Assembly (NCBI GenBank): GCA_001799675.1
Contig: MGTX01000001.1
Location: forward strand, 1,602-65,601
Length of the DNA: 64,000 nucleotides
Reading direction: 5' to 3'
Source of the DNA: Elusimicrobia bacterium GWA2_66_18
GTDB lineage: Bacteria; Elusimicrobiota; Elusimicrobia; UBA1565; UBA9628
Shown here: positions 48,127 through 56,707 of the stretch, piece by piece
Layout: every line of letters starts with the position of its first letter
Numbering within the stretch: the stretch's first letter is position 1
Notes under the pieces: model-generated
What the model saw: the letters and a program-made list of their open reading frames with translations, nothing else
Told to the model about the DNA's origin: nothing
Databases searched by the model: none
Translations under genes and position numbers: made by a program

Positions 48127-48484
48127 GGGGGTGAATCAGCTTCGACAGATGTCGTTGAGCCGAAGGTCGCAGGCCTGGGTTGGTCAGGGCCCAGTCAAAA
48201 CCGGACCAAACAACAACTGCCAACACTCAGTTGGCTTGGGCCACTGCCTAACACGCAGTGAGCACACGCCGGTCCTCGACACCTGCTGGAGGGTCGCCGG
48301 CGTCAAGAGCAGGGTGCGGTCCTTCCCCGTGATCCCGTGGGCGGGGGGCCTAAGACCGAACGGGATTAGCCCGGGGAGCACGCGTCCGTCGGTTTTCCCC
48401 GGGCGAAATCAAGGACGGGCTAAGCCTGTAGTGACCCCGGTCGGCGCCGTTTGGACGCGGGTGCAAATCCCGCCACCTCCACCA
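48127..48484 (+). ncRNA. ssrA: tmRNA (SsrA)
   Basis: 5' GGGGGTG pairs with the 3' CACCTCC-A-CCA acceptor. The 3' tRNA-like T-arm is GGACGCGGGTGCAAATCCCGCC. An internal tag-like ORF ends ..GCC AAC ACT CAG TTG GCT TGG GCC ACT GCC TAA (..ANTQLAWATA*) at 48249-48251. Length 358 nt. Confidence 0.8.
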
Positions 48485-48489
48485 CTTTG

Positions 48490-49806
48490 ATGGGCGACTC
48501 GCGCGCGGTCACCCTGCTGGGTTCGTACGGGCTCTTCGCGGGGCTGGCATTACTAGTCGTCGCCCGCCCCGAGTATGGGCCCGCTGCTTTCCCGGCATTC
48601 GGGCTCACTCTCCTCTGGTCCGACTTCCGTCGGGACGCGGAGTCCCCGGTCGTCCTCGCCTTCCTCTCTACCCTGGTCGGCGGCGTGCTCGTCGCCCGCG
48701 CGGTCGAGCCGGTCGTCCACTTGGCGCTGGGCCTCGCAATCGCGGGTCTATGGACGCTGGCCGCTGGCTTGGCCGTCCATCGCAGCCGCCAGAACGCCGA
48801 CGAGCGCTCCCAACTCCTGGAGCAGATGTCCCTCCAGGACGCCATCCGCGACGACGACCGGGACCTGAGGTACTACCGCTCCTACGAGGAGACCGTGGGC
48901 TCGGAGACCCGCCTGCGCCGCGACATGGCGGACGCCGCCAAGAGCCTCTCGGGCACGCTCGACGCTGGGGAGGTCCAGACGCGGCTGATCTCGGTCCTGT
49001 CGGCGCGTTTTCCCGGCGCCCGCGTGGAGGTGACCGCCGGCGCGGCGCAAGACCCTCTCTTGTTGGCCGCCCAGCGCCGCCGCGGCCCAATCCTGATCAA
49101 GGACGCGCGCGCCGAGGCCCAGGTCGTTCCCGGGGCTCGTTTCGGCTCCGGCGTGGCCATCCCGATGAGGGTCATGCGTCACCCCGCGGGCTTCGTCAAG
49201 ATCGAGAGCGACAAGGCCGGCGCCTTCGGCCCCGACGACGTCAAGGCGGCCGACCTTTTCACGACCATGGCCGTGCTCAGCCTCGAGAACATCCAACTCT
49301 ACGAGAGCGTTCACCGCCAGGCGACGCACGACGCTCTGACCCAACTTTACAGCCACCGCGCCTTCCAGCAGCGCCTACAGGAGGAGATCCTGCGCTCGGG
49401 TCGCAGCCAGAGTCCCCTGTCTCTGATCATGTCCGACGTGGACCACTTTAAGATCTACAACGACCGCTACGGCCACCAGGCCGGGGACCTCCTGCTTAAA
49501 ACCCTAGCCGGGATCCTGGCCTCCTTCGCGCGCCCCGTGGATTTCGTGGCCCGCTACGGCGGCGAGGAGTTCGCTCTCATCCTGCCGAACTTCGTGCGCT
49601 CCGAGGCGGTCCAATTGGCGGAACGCCTGCGCGCGCGCGTGGCCGAGGAGCCTTTCGTCTTCCAGGGTCAGCCCACATGCGCGACCATGAGCTTCGGCGT
49701 GGCGTCCTTCCCGCAGGACGCCACGACGGCTTCTCAGATCGTGCGCTCCGCCGACGAGCGGCTCTATCGCGCCAAGGGCGGGGGGCGCAACCAGGTGGTC
49801 GGATGA
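48490..49806 (+). CDS. Membrane-anchored GAF-GGDEF diguanylate cyclase
   Basis: N-terminal TM helices and a GAF-like region. GGDEF domain: ..THDALTQLYSHRAF..IMSDVDHFKIYNDRYGHQAGD..ARYGGEEFALIL.. The start is taken after the tmRNA; the ORF-track upstream start lies inside ssrA. Confidence 0.8.
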   Translation: MGDSRAVTLLGSYGLFAGLALLVVARPEYGPAAFPAFGLTLLWSDFRRDAESPVVLAFLSTLVGGVLVARAVEPVVHLALGLAIAGLWTLAAGLAVHRSRQNADERSQLLEQMSLQDAIRDDDRDLRYYRSYEETVGSETRLRRDMADAAKSLSGTLDAGEVQTRLISVLSARFPGARVEVTAGAAQDPLLLAAQRRRGPILIKDARAEAQVVPGARFGSGVAIPMRVMRHPAGFVKIESDKAGAFGPDDVKAADLFTTMAVLSLENIQLYESVHRQATHDALTQLYSHRAFQQRLQEEILRSGRSQSPLSLIMSDVDHFKIYNDRYGHQAGDLLLKTLAGILASFARPVDFVARYGGEEFALILPNFVRSEAVQLAERLRARVAEEPFVFQGQPTCATMSFGVASFPQDATTASQIVRSADERLYRAKGGGRNQVVG

Positions 49807-51104
49807 GGCCGGAGTTGTTCGAGGCGGGAGCGGCCCTAGTCCCGGGGGTTGCACTCTGGCTGTCCTATCCGCGGCGGTCCTGGGCCGCGGCGGTCTGCCT
49901 CGGCGCGTCACTGGCCGTGGGCGGGGCCTTCCTCGCCGCGTGTCCTTCGTCTTCCCGGTCGGGCGCGGCCATGGCCGCGGGCGCGGCCGTCCTCGGCACG
50001 ATCCTAGCCTGGCGGCTCTGCCGTCGACGAGAGGCCGACTACGCGGCCGGGGCGGCGCGCCTCGAGGAGGTCCGCGTTCAGCGCGCCCGCTTCGGCTCGG
50101 AGTTGGCTCGCCTCAAGGAGAGAGGCCAGAGCGCCGAGCGCGAGCACCGCGAGACCATGGCCGTTTATGGCATGGTCAAGAGTCTGGCCGAGGCTCTGTC
50201 CTGGGAAGATGTCCGACCCCGCATCGAGGCCGCCATCGAACAGTACTTCGGAGCGGGCTCCGAGTACGCCGTCTATGTGTCAGGCCTGCGCGACGAGGGC
50301 GAGGTTCGCCCCCTGTGCCTGCGGGGATTGAAGTCCTCTCCGGGCTCGTCCTGGGCCACGCTGGGCCGCCTCCTCCAGGAACAGGGCGCGGCCCCCGCCG
50401 CGCCCAAGGTCTTCGAGCGGCCGGAGCGCGCCGTGGGGATGCCCATCCGCGAGGGCCAGGAACTGCTGGGCTACCTCTACGCGCGCGTGCCGGAGGCGGC
50501 CGCCTCGCAGGCGTGGCTGGTCAAGACCCAGGCCTTCGCCTCGGAGCTCATCGTGGCCTTCAAGCGCGTCAAGCTCTTCCAAGAGATGGAGCGCCTCTCC
50601 GAGTTGGACGGGCTGACGGGCGTGCGCCGCCGCGGCGCCTTCGACCGTCGCATCGCCGATGAGACCGTGCGCGCGAAGACCTTCAAGACCACTTTCGGGC
50701 TGATGCTCCTTGACATCGACCATTTCAAGAGCTTGAATGACCGCTACGGTCATCCGTTCGGCGACCAGGTCCTCAAGCGCATCGGCGCGGTGCTGGGCGC
50801 CACGGTCTACGACACCGACTTCGTGGCGCGCTACGGCGGCGAGGAGTTCGTGGTCCTCCTGCCGCGAGCCGAGTCCGAGGGAGCCCGGCGCAAGGCCGAG
50901 GCGATTCGGGACGCGATCGAGGCGGAGGTCTTCTCGATCGGCTTCGAGACCGTGCGCGTGACGGTCTCGATCGGTCTGGCGCACTTTCCGCGCGACGCGG
51001 CCACGCCGGAGGAACTGGTGGCGCAGGCCGACGGGGCCATGTACGCGGCGAAGTCCGGCGGACGCAATCGTGTCGTCGACTGCGAAGCCCTGCGCCGCCG
51101 TTAG
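49803..51104 (+). CDS. Membrane-anchored GGDEF diguanylate cyclase (second, overlapping start/stop)
   Basis: ..LDGLTGVRRRGAF..LLDIDHFKSLNDRYGHPFGD..ARYGGEEFVVLL... ATG at 49803 overlaps the upstream TGA. Confidence 0.8.
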   Translation: MRPELFEAGAALVPGVALWLSYPRRSWAAAVCLGASLAVGGAFLAACPSSSRSGAAMAAGAAVLGTILAWRLCRRREADYAAGAARLEEVRVQRARFGSELARLKERGQSAEREHRETMAVYGMVKSLAEALSWEDVRPRIEAAIEQYFGAGSEYAVYVSGLRDEGEVRPLCLRGLKSSPGSSWATLGRLLQEQGAAPAAPKVFERPERAVGMPIREGQELLGYLYARVPEAAASQAWLVKTQAFASELIVAFKRVKLFQEMERLSELDGLTGVRRRGAFDRRIADETVRAKTFKTTFGLMLLDIDHFKSLNDRYGHPFGDQVLKRIGAVLGATVYDTDFVARYGGEEFVVLLPRAESEGARRKAEAIRDAIEAEVFSIGFETVRVTVSIGLAHFPRDAATPEELVAQADGAMYAAKSGGRNRVVDCEALRRR

Positions 51105-51125
51105 CCGCATCCAAGGAGGATATCA

Positions 51126-52157
51126 ATGGACGAGACGAGCCAGAACCCCGCTCCCCCGCCCGAGGCGCACGCCGCCGGTCCTCGGAGGGTCAAGCGCCGT
51201 CTGATCACAGCGCTCCTGGCCCTGCACGCCGCCGCTCTACTGGCGGCCGGAGCCCTGGTCATGCGGGCCAAGTCGGAGTCCCCGAGGCTGGACGGCGAGA
51301 AAACCAAGGCCCTCCTGAACCTCACACCCTATGACACCGTGGGGTGGGTCGCCATCCGCGGCCCCATCATGGCCTCCGACTCGAGCAAGCCGTGGGGTCA
51401 CGGCGCGGAGCAGTGGTCTCGGCGCATCGAACAACTCGCCGAGACGAAGGGCGTCAAGGCCATCGTCTTGGACATCAACTCCCCGGGCGGCTCCGTCGGC
51501 GCGGTCCAGGAGATATATTCCCGCATCCTGCGAGTCAAGAAGGAGAAGAAGATCCCCTTCATCGCCCTCTTCGGCGACGTGGCGGCCTCGGGGGGGTACT
51601 ACATCGCCTCGGCCTGCGACAAGATCGTGGCCCATCCCGGAACGATTACGGGCTCCATCGGAGTCATCTTCTCGGTCTCCAACATGGAGGGGATATTCGC
51701 GAAGATAGGTTACAAGATGGACCCCATCAAATCCGGCAAGCACAAGGACATCGGCTCGCCCGCGCGAGCGATGACCATCGAGGAGCGCAAGATCCTCCAG
51801 GACCTCATCGACGACGCCTACGGCCAGTTCGTCCAGGCGGTCGCCGACGGCCGCAAGATGACAGTGGAGGAGGTCAAGCCTCTGGCCGACGGCCGCATCT
51901 ACTCCGGCAAGCAGGCGCTGGCCAACAGGCTTGTCGACCAAATCGGAGACTCCAAGGACGCTCTCATGCTCGCGGCCAAGCTGGGCGGCATCAAGGATGC
52001 GAAGCCGCGCGTGCGACGCGACGGCGAGAAATTCAGCGACCTCCTGGAGCTCCTCGAGTCCCGCGCGCGCCTCGTCCTGGGCGTGGGGCCTGTCAGCTTC
52101 CCCCTGTCCGGCGCCCTATCCGCGCACGGCATGATGTACCTCTGGTCGGGGTGGTGA
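51126..52157 (+). CDS. sppA: Signal peptide peptidase SppA (36K type)
   Basis: ..KAIVLDINSPGGSVGAVQEIY..FGDVAASGGYYIASACDKIVAHPGTITGSIGVI.. (S49 family Ser/Lys region). AGGAGG RBS. Confidence 0.85.
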   Translation: MDETSQNPAPPPEAHAAGPRRVKRRLITALLALHAAALLAAGALVMRAKSESPRLDGEKTKALLNLTPYDTVGWVAIRGPIMASDSSKPWGHGAEQWSRRIEQLAETKGVKAIVLDINSPGGSVGAVQEIYSRILRVKKEKKIPFIALFGDVAASGGYYIASACDKIVAHPGTITGSIGVIFSVSNMEGIFAKIGYKMDPIKSGKHKDIGSPARAMTIEERKILQDLIDDAYGQFVQAVADGRKMTVEEVKPLADGRIYSGKQALANRLVDQIGDSKDALMLAAKLGGIKDAKPRVRRDGEKFSDLLELLESRARLVLGVGPVSFPLSGALSAHGMMYLWSGW

Positions 52158-52158
52158 G

Positions 52159-52731
52159 ATGGACGTCCTGGAACTCCTCTATGATTATTTCGAGGACCGC
52201 GCCCGCGCGACGGCCCTCATACGCCGGCACCGGCCCTTCGTCCTGGGCCTGCTGGGCGCGCTGGCCGGAGGCTCCAGCCTCTTCTTCGCCGAGGCCCTGT
52301 CGGGGAAACTGACGCTGCTCTCCTTCTCCTGGCCTTCGTTCCTGCTGGCGCTGATGTGGCAGCTCACGATGCTTTTCTTCACGACCGCGCTCCTGCACCT
52401 CATCTTGGACCTGACCGGCGCGCGCGGCGGCGCGAGCGCGCTTTTCGTTCACTTGGGGCTTTCCGAACTGGCATGGCTGGCCGCCGTGCCCGCCGTCCTC
52501 ATCGCCCAGATCCTGGCCCCGCGTTCGCCCTGGCCCGTGCGCCTGACCTTCCTGGGCATCGGCCTGTGGTCCTGGGCCCTCAAGGCGCGGGCGATGCGCG
52601 ATGAGTACGCCGTCGGCGAGGCCCGGGCCTGGGTCACGTTGGGACTGCCCTACCTCGCGCTGGCGGCGCTGGCCGCCGTCACGACGACCCTGGCGCTGGC
52701 GGCCCTCCTGGTCAGGGCCTACTCCTCGTGA
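52159..52731 (+). CDS. Polytopic membrane protein, hypothetical
   Basis: Five predicted TM helices. No family recognised. Confidence 0.4.
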   Translation: MDVLELLYDYFEDRARATALIRRHRPFVLGLLGALAGGSSLFFAEALSGKLTLLSFSWPSFLLALMWQLTMLFFTTALLHLILDLTGARGGASALFVHLGLSELAWLAAVPAVLIAQILAPRSPWPVRLTFLGIGLWSWALKARAMRDEYAVGEARAWVTLGLPYLALAALAAVTTTLALAALLVRAYSS

Positions 52732-53456
52732 GTCCCAAGGAGCCGATTCCCGAGCGCTGGGAAGGCCTGCCCGTCGTGAACTCCGCGCGCATGCGCGCGC
52801 TCGATTTCGACGCGACCGCGCGCTTCTCCATCCCGGCCGCCGACCTCATGGAGAACGCCGGGCGCGCCGTGGCCAGGGAGACCCTCGCCTTCTTCAAGGA
52901 GCGCGGCGTCGAGCCGGCCCAGGCCAAGATCGTCATCTGCTGCGGGCGCGGGGCCAACGGCGGAGACGGTCTGGTCGCCGCGCGGTTCCTGCGCGAGGCG
53001 GGTGCGGGCGTGCTCGTCTTTCTTTGCCCGAGCAAGAAGGACGCGGGCTACCCCGAGCTCGTGCGCCTGAACCTCCAGAAGGCGTCCGCGGCGGGCGTCG
53101 AGCGGCGCGAGACCGGGCCCGAGTCGGGCCTGGCCGCGGCCCTGGCGTCTTGCGACGCGGTCCTCGACGCGCTCCTGGGCACCGGGTCCAGCGGCAAGCC
53201 CGCCGGCGCCATCCACCATATGATCCAAGAGATCAACCGCTCCAAGAAGCCCGTCGTGGCCGTGGACCTGCCCACGGGCCTTCATCCCGACACCGGCTAC
53301 CATAGCGGAGCCTATCTCACCGCCGACCTGACGCTGGCCCTGGGCCTGCCGAAGAAGGGGCTCTTGGCCCCGCACGCCAAGCGCTTCGTGGGGACGCTCA
53401 AGGTCCTCGACATCGGCTACCCGCCCGAACTCATCGAGGAGATCGCTCCCAAGTGA
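52728..53456 (+). CDS. nnrE: NAD(P)H-hydrate epimerase (YjeF N-terminal domain)
   Basis: ..IVICCGRGANGGDGLVAARFL..VDALLGTGSSGKP... Confidence 0.75.
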   Translation: MSPKEPIPERWEGLPVVNSARMRALDFDATARFSIPAADLMENAGRAVARETLAFFKERGVEPAQAKIVICCGRGANGGDGLVAARFLREAGAGVLVFLCPSKKDAGYPELVRLNLQKASAAGVERRETGPESGLAAALASCDAVLDALLGTGSSGKPAGAIHHMIQEINRSKKPVVAVDLPTGLHPDTGYHSGAYLTADLTLALGLPKKGLLAPHAKRFVGTLKVLDIGYPPELIEEIAPK

Positions 53457-54022
53457 GGCGCGCCGCCCTCGCCGCCCTCGCCCTGTTTGCGGCCTGCGGC
53501 CGCCCGAAGGGACCGTACGCCGTTTTCGAGACCTCCAAGGGACGCATCGTCGCGCGGCTTTATGCGTCCCGGGCGCCGAAGACGGTGGAGCACATGAGGG
53601 CGCTTGCCGAGGGGACCAAGCCCTGGAAGGATCCGAAGACGGGCCAAGCCGTCCTGCGCCCCCTCTACGACGGCACCGTCTTCCACCGCGTCGTGCCCGG
53701 CTTCATGATCCAAGGCGGCGACCCCGCCGGCACCGGCGAGGGCGACCCGGCCGCGCCGGCGCCCGACGAACCGAAGGGTTCCAAGTTCGACCGCGCGGGT
53801 CTGCTCGCCATGGCCAGTTGGGGGGCCGGGACCTCCCAGACGCAGTTCTTCATCACCTTGGGGCCGGCTCCCGATCTGGACGGCAAGTACACGCTCTTTG
53901 GCGAGGTGGTGGAGGGTCTGGATGTTGTTAAGTCCATCGCCGCCGTCCCGCGCGACACTGAGACCGGCAATGACCGTCCTTTCGACCCGCCGGTCCTCAA
54001 GCGCCTGCGGGTCGTCCCGTAG
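53453..54022 (+). CDS. Cyclophilin-type peptidyl-prolyl isomerase
   Basis: ..FHRVVPGFMIQGGDP..GLLAMASWGAGTSQTQFFITL..KYTLFGEVVEGLDVV... Confidence 0.85.
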   Translation: MRRAALAALALFAACGRPKGPYAVFETSKGRIVARLYASRAPKTVEHMRALAEGTKPWKDPKTGQAVLRPLYDGTVFHRVVPGFMIQGGDPAGTGEGDPAAPAPDEPKGSKFDRAGLLAMASWGAGTSQTQFFITLGPAPDLDGKYTLFGEVVEGLDVVKSIAAVPRDTETGNDRPFDPPVLKRLRVVP

Positions 54023-54043
54023 CATTCGATAGGAGGTCGTTTT

Positions 54044-54457
54044 ATGTCGATGCAGAAGCTGTCATGGGACCAAAGCTACAGCGTGGGGGTCGCGGAACTC
54101 GACTCGCATCATCAAGAACTCTTCAAGCTCCTGAATCATTTTCTCGATCTGGCCGGCAAGGACTACAAGTCCGAGGTCGTGACCGAAGCTCTCACCAAGA
54201 TGACTCAGTACGCTTGCCTTCATCTCGACCGGGAGGAGGAACTCCTGCGCGAGCATGGCTACCCGAATTTCGCCGGACACAAGGAACAGCATGCGCGGTA
54301 CAAGGCGAAGACGGTGGAGCTCTGCATGGGATTGATGGCGGGGAAGTCCGATACCCCCGCCGAGATCGGCTCGTTTCTGCGAGACTGGTGGAACGGCCAT
54401 GTGCTCAAGAACGACATGGAGTATAAGTCATTCCTCAACGAGAAAGGAGTGAGGTGA
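54044..54457 (+). CDS. Hemerythrin-like (bacteriohemerythrin) protein
   Basis: ..WDQSYSVGVAELDSHHQELF.., ..HF..EEELL.., ..HKEQH.. (His/Glu diiron ligand pattern). Confidence 0.7.
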   Translation: MSMQKLSWDQSYSVGVAELDSHHQELFKLLNHFLDLAGKDYKSEVVTEALTKMTQYACLHLDREEELLREHGYPNFAGHKEQHARYKAKTVELCMGLMAGKSDTPAEIGSFLRDWWNGHVLKNDMEYKSFLNEKGVR

Positions 54458-54463
54458 CGCGAC

Positions 54464-55201
54464 TTACGCGCGGCCCGTCGCAGATCTGACCTTCGCCGCG
54501 ATCTCGGCCAGACGCCCCTTGACGCCCGGAGCGCGCTTCTCCAGCAACGGCATGACCTCGCGGCGCACCCAGTTTCGCGCGAACCGGGGCTCGCGGTTGC
54601 TGAGGTCTTCGCGCGACTTAAGCCCATGGACCGAGAGGTAGGTCCGGACCTCCGCGCGCGTCAGAGGCAGGAGAGGCCGGATGAGTTCCACCCCGGGTCT
54701 TAGGGCGCGCCGCGGCGCGATCCCTCCGAGGCCTTCGAGGCTGGTGCCGCGCAGGAGATGGAGGATGACAGTCTCGGCTTGGTCATCGAGTTGATGGCCC
54801 GTGGCGACCGCCGAAAAGCGCCCGCGGCGCGCGCGCAAAGAGAGCAGGCGATATCGTTCCTTGCGGCCCGCTTCCTCGAGCCCGAGTCCCCTCGCCTTCG
54901 CCCGGGCCTTCACATCCGCATGGACCACCGAGACCGGCAGACCCAGCCGCGCGCCCAGTCCCACCACGCAGGCCGCGTCGCGGTCGGCGGCGCGCCCGCG
55001 CAGGCCGTGATGGACGTGGAGCAGGCGGACCGTCAGGCTCTTCTTGCGGGCCTGGACCGAGAGCCAGTGCGCCAGGCACACCGAGTCCGGGCCGCCGGAG
55101 ACCGCGGCCAGGACGCGTCCCCCCGGGGAGAGCAGGGCGTGGGTCTTCTCGAATGAAACCAGCTTCGACCAGATCCGGGCGGCGAATTCCTTGCGCCTCA
55201 T
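54464..55201 (-). CDS. tilS: tRNA(Ile)-lysidine synthetase (short form, PP-loop domain)
   Basis: ..VLAAVSGGPDSVCLAHWL.., ..ATGHQLDDQAETVILHLLRG... Confidence 0.75.
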   Translation of the reverse strand: MRRKEFAARIWSKLVSFEKTHALLSPGGRVLAAVSGGPDSVCLAHWLSVQARKKSLTVRLLHVHHGLRGRAADRDAACVVGLGARLGLPVSVVHADVKARAKARGLGLEEAGRKERYRLLSLRARRGRFSAVATGHQLDDQAETVILHLLRGTSLEGLGGIAPRRALRPGVELIRPLLPLTRAEVRTYLSVHGLKSREDLSNREPRFARNWVRREVMPLLEKRAPGVKGRLAEIAAKVRSATGRA

Positions 55202-55287
55202 CTTGGGTAATGTGCCTCTTAACGTTGGGAGGAAACAAGGGGGGCGACGCGCCCGCGTGCGGGCGCGAACTTGCTACACTCGCCCAC

Positions 55288-56217
55288 ATGACGCTCAGTC
55301 TCGTGGCGCTGGCCGTGCTGACGGCCGCCCCCGCGCCCGCCGCGGCGGATTCGCGCAGCGAGGAGGCCGTGCGCGAGTCGGTGCTGCGCCTGGCCGCCGG
55401 CGACGTGCCGGGATCGCTCACGCAGGCCCAGGCCGCGGTCGCGGCCGACCCGCGCAGCACGAAAGCGCTCCAGCAACTCGCCCGCGCGGCGGGAGCGGCG
55501 CTCGATTTCCCGGCGGCGGAGCAGGCCGCCGCCCGCGCCATGGAGATCGACGGCCCTACCCCGGCGCTCCTTTGCCTGCGCTCCGAGGCGAGGGCCGGCA
55601 ACGGCGATTACGCGGGAGCCCTAGCGGACGCGGAGCAGGCCGCCTCGATCAATCCGGCCAGCGCGAAGTCGGTCATGCGCCGCGCGGCGGCCAAGGAAGG
55701 CCTGGGCCGTCCTGCCGAGGAGTCCTTGGCCGACTACCGGCGGGCGGCCGAGTTGGACCCCGCCTACGCGCCGATGCGCGACGAGGCCCTCTTGCGTCTG
55801 GCGCCCGCGAGGCGTCCGCGCGGCGGGCTGGCCGGGCTGGCCCTCCTGGCGGTTTCAGGCGCGGCGGGCTGGGCCTGGGCGCGCCTGCGGCGCGCTCCCG
55901 AGCCCGAAGCGTGCGTCCCGGCGGCACGGCTGGTCTTGCCGGGGACGGGACGCTTGGAGCCGCGGCAGGCGCTGCGCGCCCTCGCGTCGGCGGCCGCGCA
56001 GGCCGAGGGGCCCGAGGATTCCTTCGTGCTGGCCCAGGACCTCTACGAGCGCCTGACCGGGCGCCGGCCTGCGCCGGGCGGCGGCGCGGCGGAACTTCCG
56101 ACGGCCATGGACGCTTTCTTCGAGAGGGCCCTCAACTGCGATCCGCAGCGGCGCTTCCGCAGCGGCGTCGAGCTTCTCGGCGCTTTCCGCAGCATTGTCG
56201 AACCGCCGATCGACTGA
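55288..56217 (+). CDS. TPR-TM protein with a truncated kinase C-lobe tail (pseudokinase remnant paralogous to the 43928/45630 kinases)
   Basis: Signal peptide plus TPRs plus TM (GLAGLALLAVSGAAGWAWA). The C-terminus ..LYERLTGRRPAPG..LPTAMDAFFERALNCDPQRRFRSGVELLGAF matches the kinase C-tails (..LDAVFERAFQADPDKRYRTPAAFSAAIE) but lacks catalytic motifs. Confidence 0.55.
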   Translation: MTLSLVALAVLTAAPAPAAADSRSEEAVRESVLRLAAGDVPGSLTQAQAAVAADPRSTKALQQLARAAGAALDFPAAEQAAARAMEIDGPTPALLCLRSEARAGNGDYAGALADAEQAASINPASAKSVMRRAAAKEGLGRPAEESLADYRRAAELDPAYAPMRDEALLRLAPARRPRGGLAGLALLAVSGAAGWAWARLRRAPEPEACVPAARLVLPGTGRLEPRQALRALASAAAQAEGPEDSFVLAQDLYERLTGRRPAPGGGAAELPTAMDAFFERALNCDPQRRFRSGVELLGAFRSIVEPPID

Positions 56218-56259
56218 TTTTTGATACGATTCGAATCCAGCGTCCTTCCGTAACGATTC

Positions 56260-56288
56260 TTGACGCCCGCCGACGGGAATTGATAATC
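56260..56288 (+). promoter_or_regulatory. Promoter candidate (TTGACG-N17-ATAATC)
   Basis: Upstream of the receiver gene. GGAGACT RBS before ATG 56308. Confidence 0.3.
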
Positions 56289-56307
56289 TCGACCGACAGG
56301 AGACTCT

Positions 56308-56685
56308 ATGGCAAAGAAAGTCCTCGTGATCGATGACGAGCCGGAAATGATCAACCTCGTCAAGTACACCTTGGCCGAGGCGGGCTTCGAGGTCCATTCC
56401 TGCGACAGCGGGCGCGAGGCCTGGGATGATATCATCAAGATCAAGCCCGACGTCCTAATACTCGACGTCATGCTTCCCGGCATCGACGGCTATTCGCTCC
56501 AGCTCAAGATCGCCGGGGACCCCGCGACCAAGACCATGCCCATCGTGGTCCTGACCGCGCTCGAGCCCGCCCGGACGCTCTTCCAGAAGTTTCCTCAGGT
56601 GGTCGGCTTCATTACGAAACCCTTCAAGCCCGAGGATCTGCTGCAAGCCGTCCAAAGCGCGGCCGAGCGCAGCGGCGGCTCTTAA
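56308..56685 (+). CDS. Single-domain response regulator (CheY-like receiver)
   Basis: ..KVLVIDDEPEM..KPDVLILDVMLPGIDG..PIVVLTA..KPF... Confidence 0.85.
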   Translation: MAKKVLVIDDEPEMINLVKYTLAEAGFEVHSCDSGREAWDDIIKIKPDVLILDVMLPGIDGYSLQLKIAGDPATKTMPIVVLTALEPARTLFQKFPQVVGFITKPFKPEDLLQAVQSAAERSGGS

Positions 56686-56707
56686 GCCGTCCGCGGGCCC
56701 TCGCTCC

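Noticed and set aside
48089-48490. 133-aa ORF and other small ORFs covering the tmRNA
   Set aside because: The region folds as tmRNA (acceptor, T-arm, tag ORF). Protein ORFs here are incidental.
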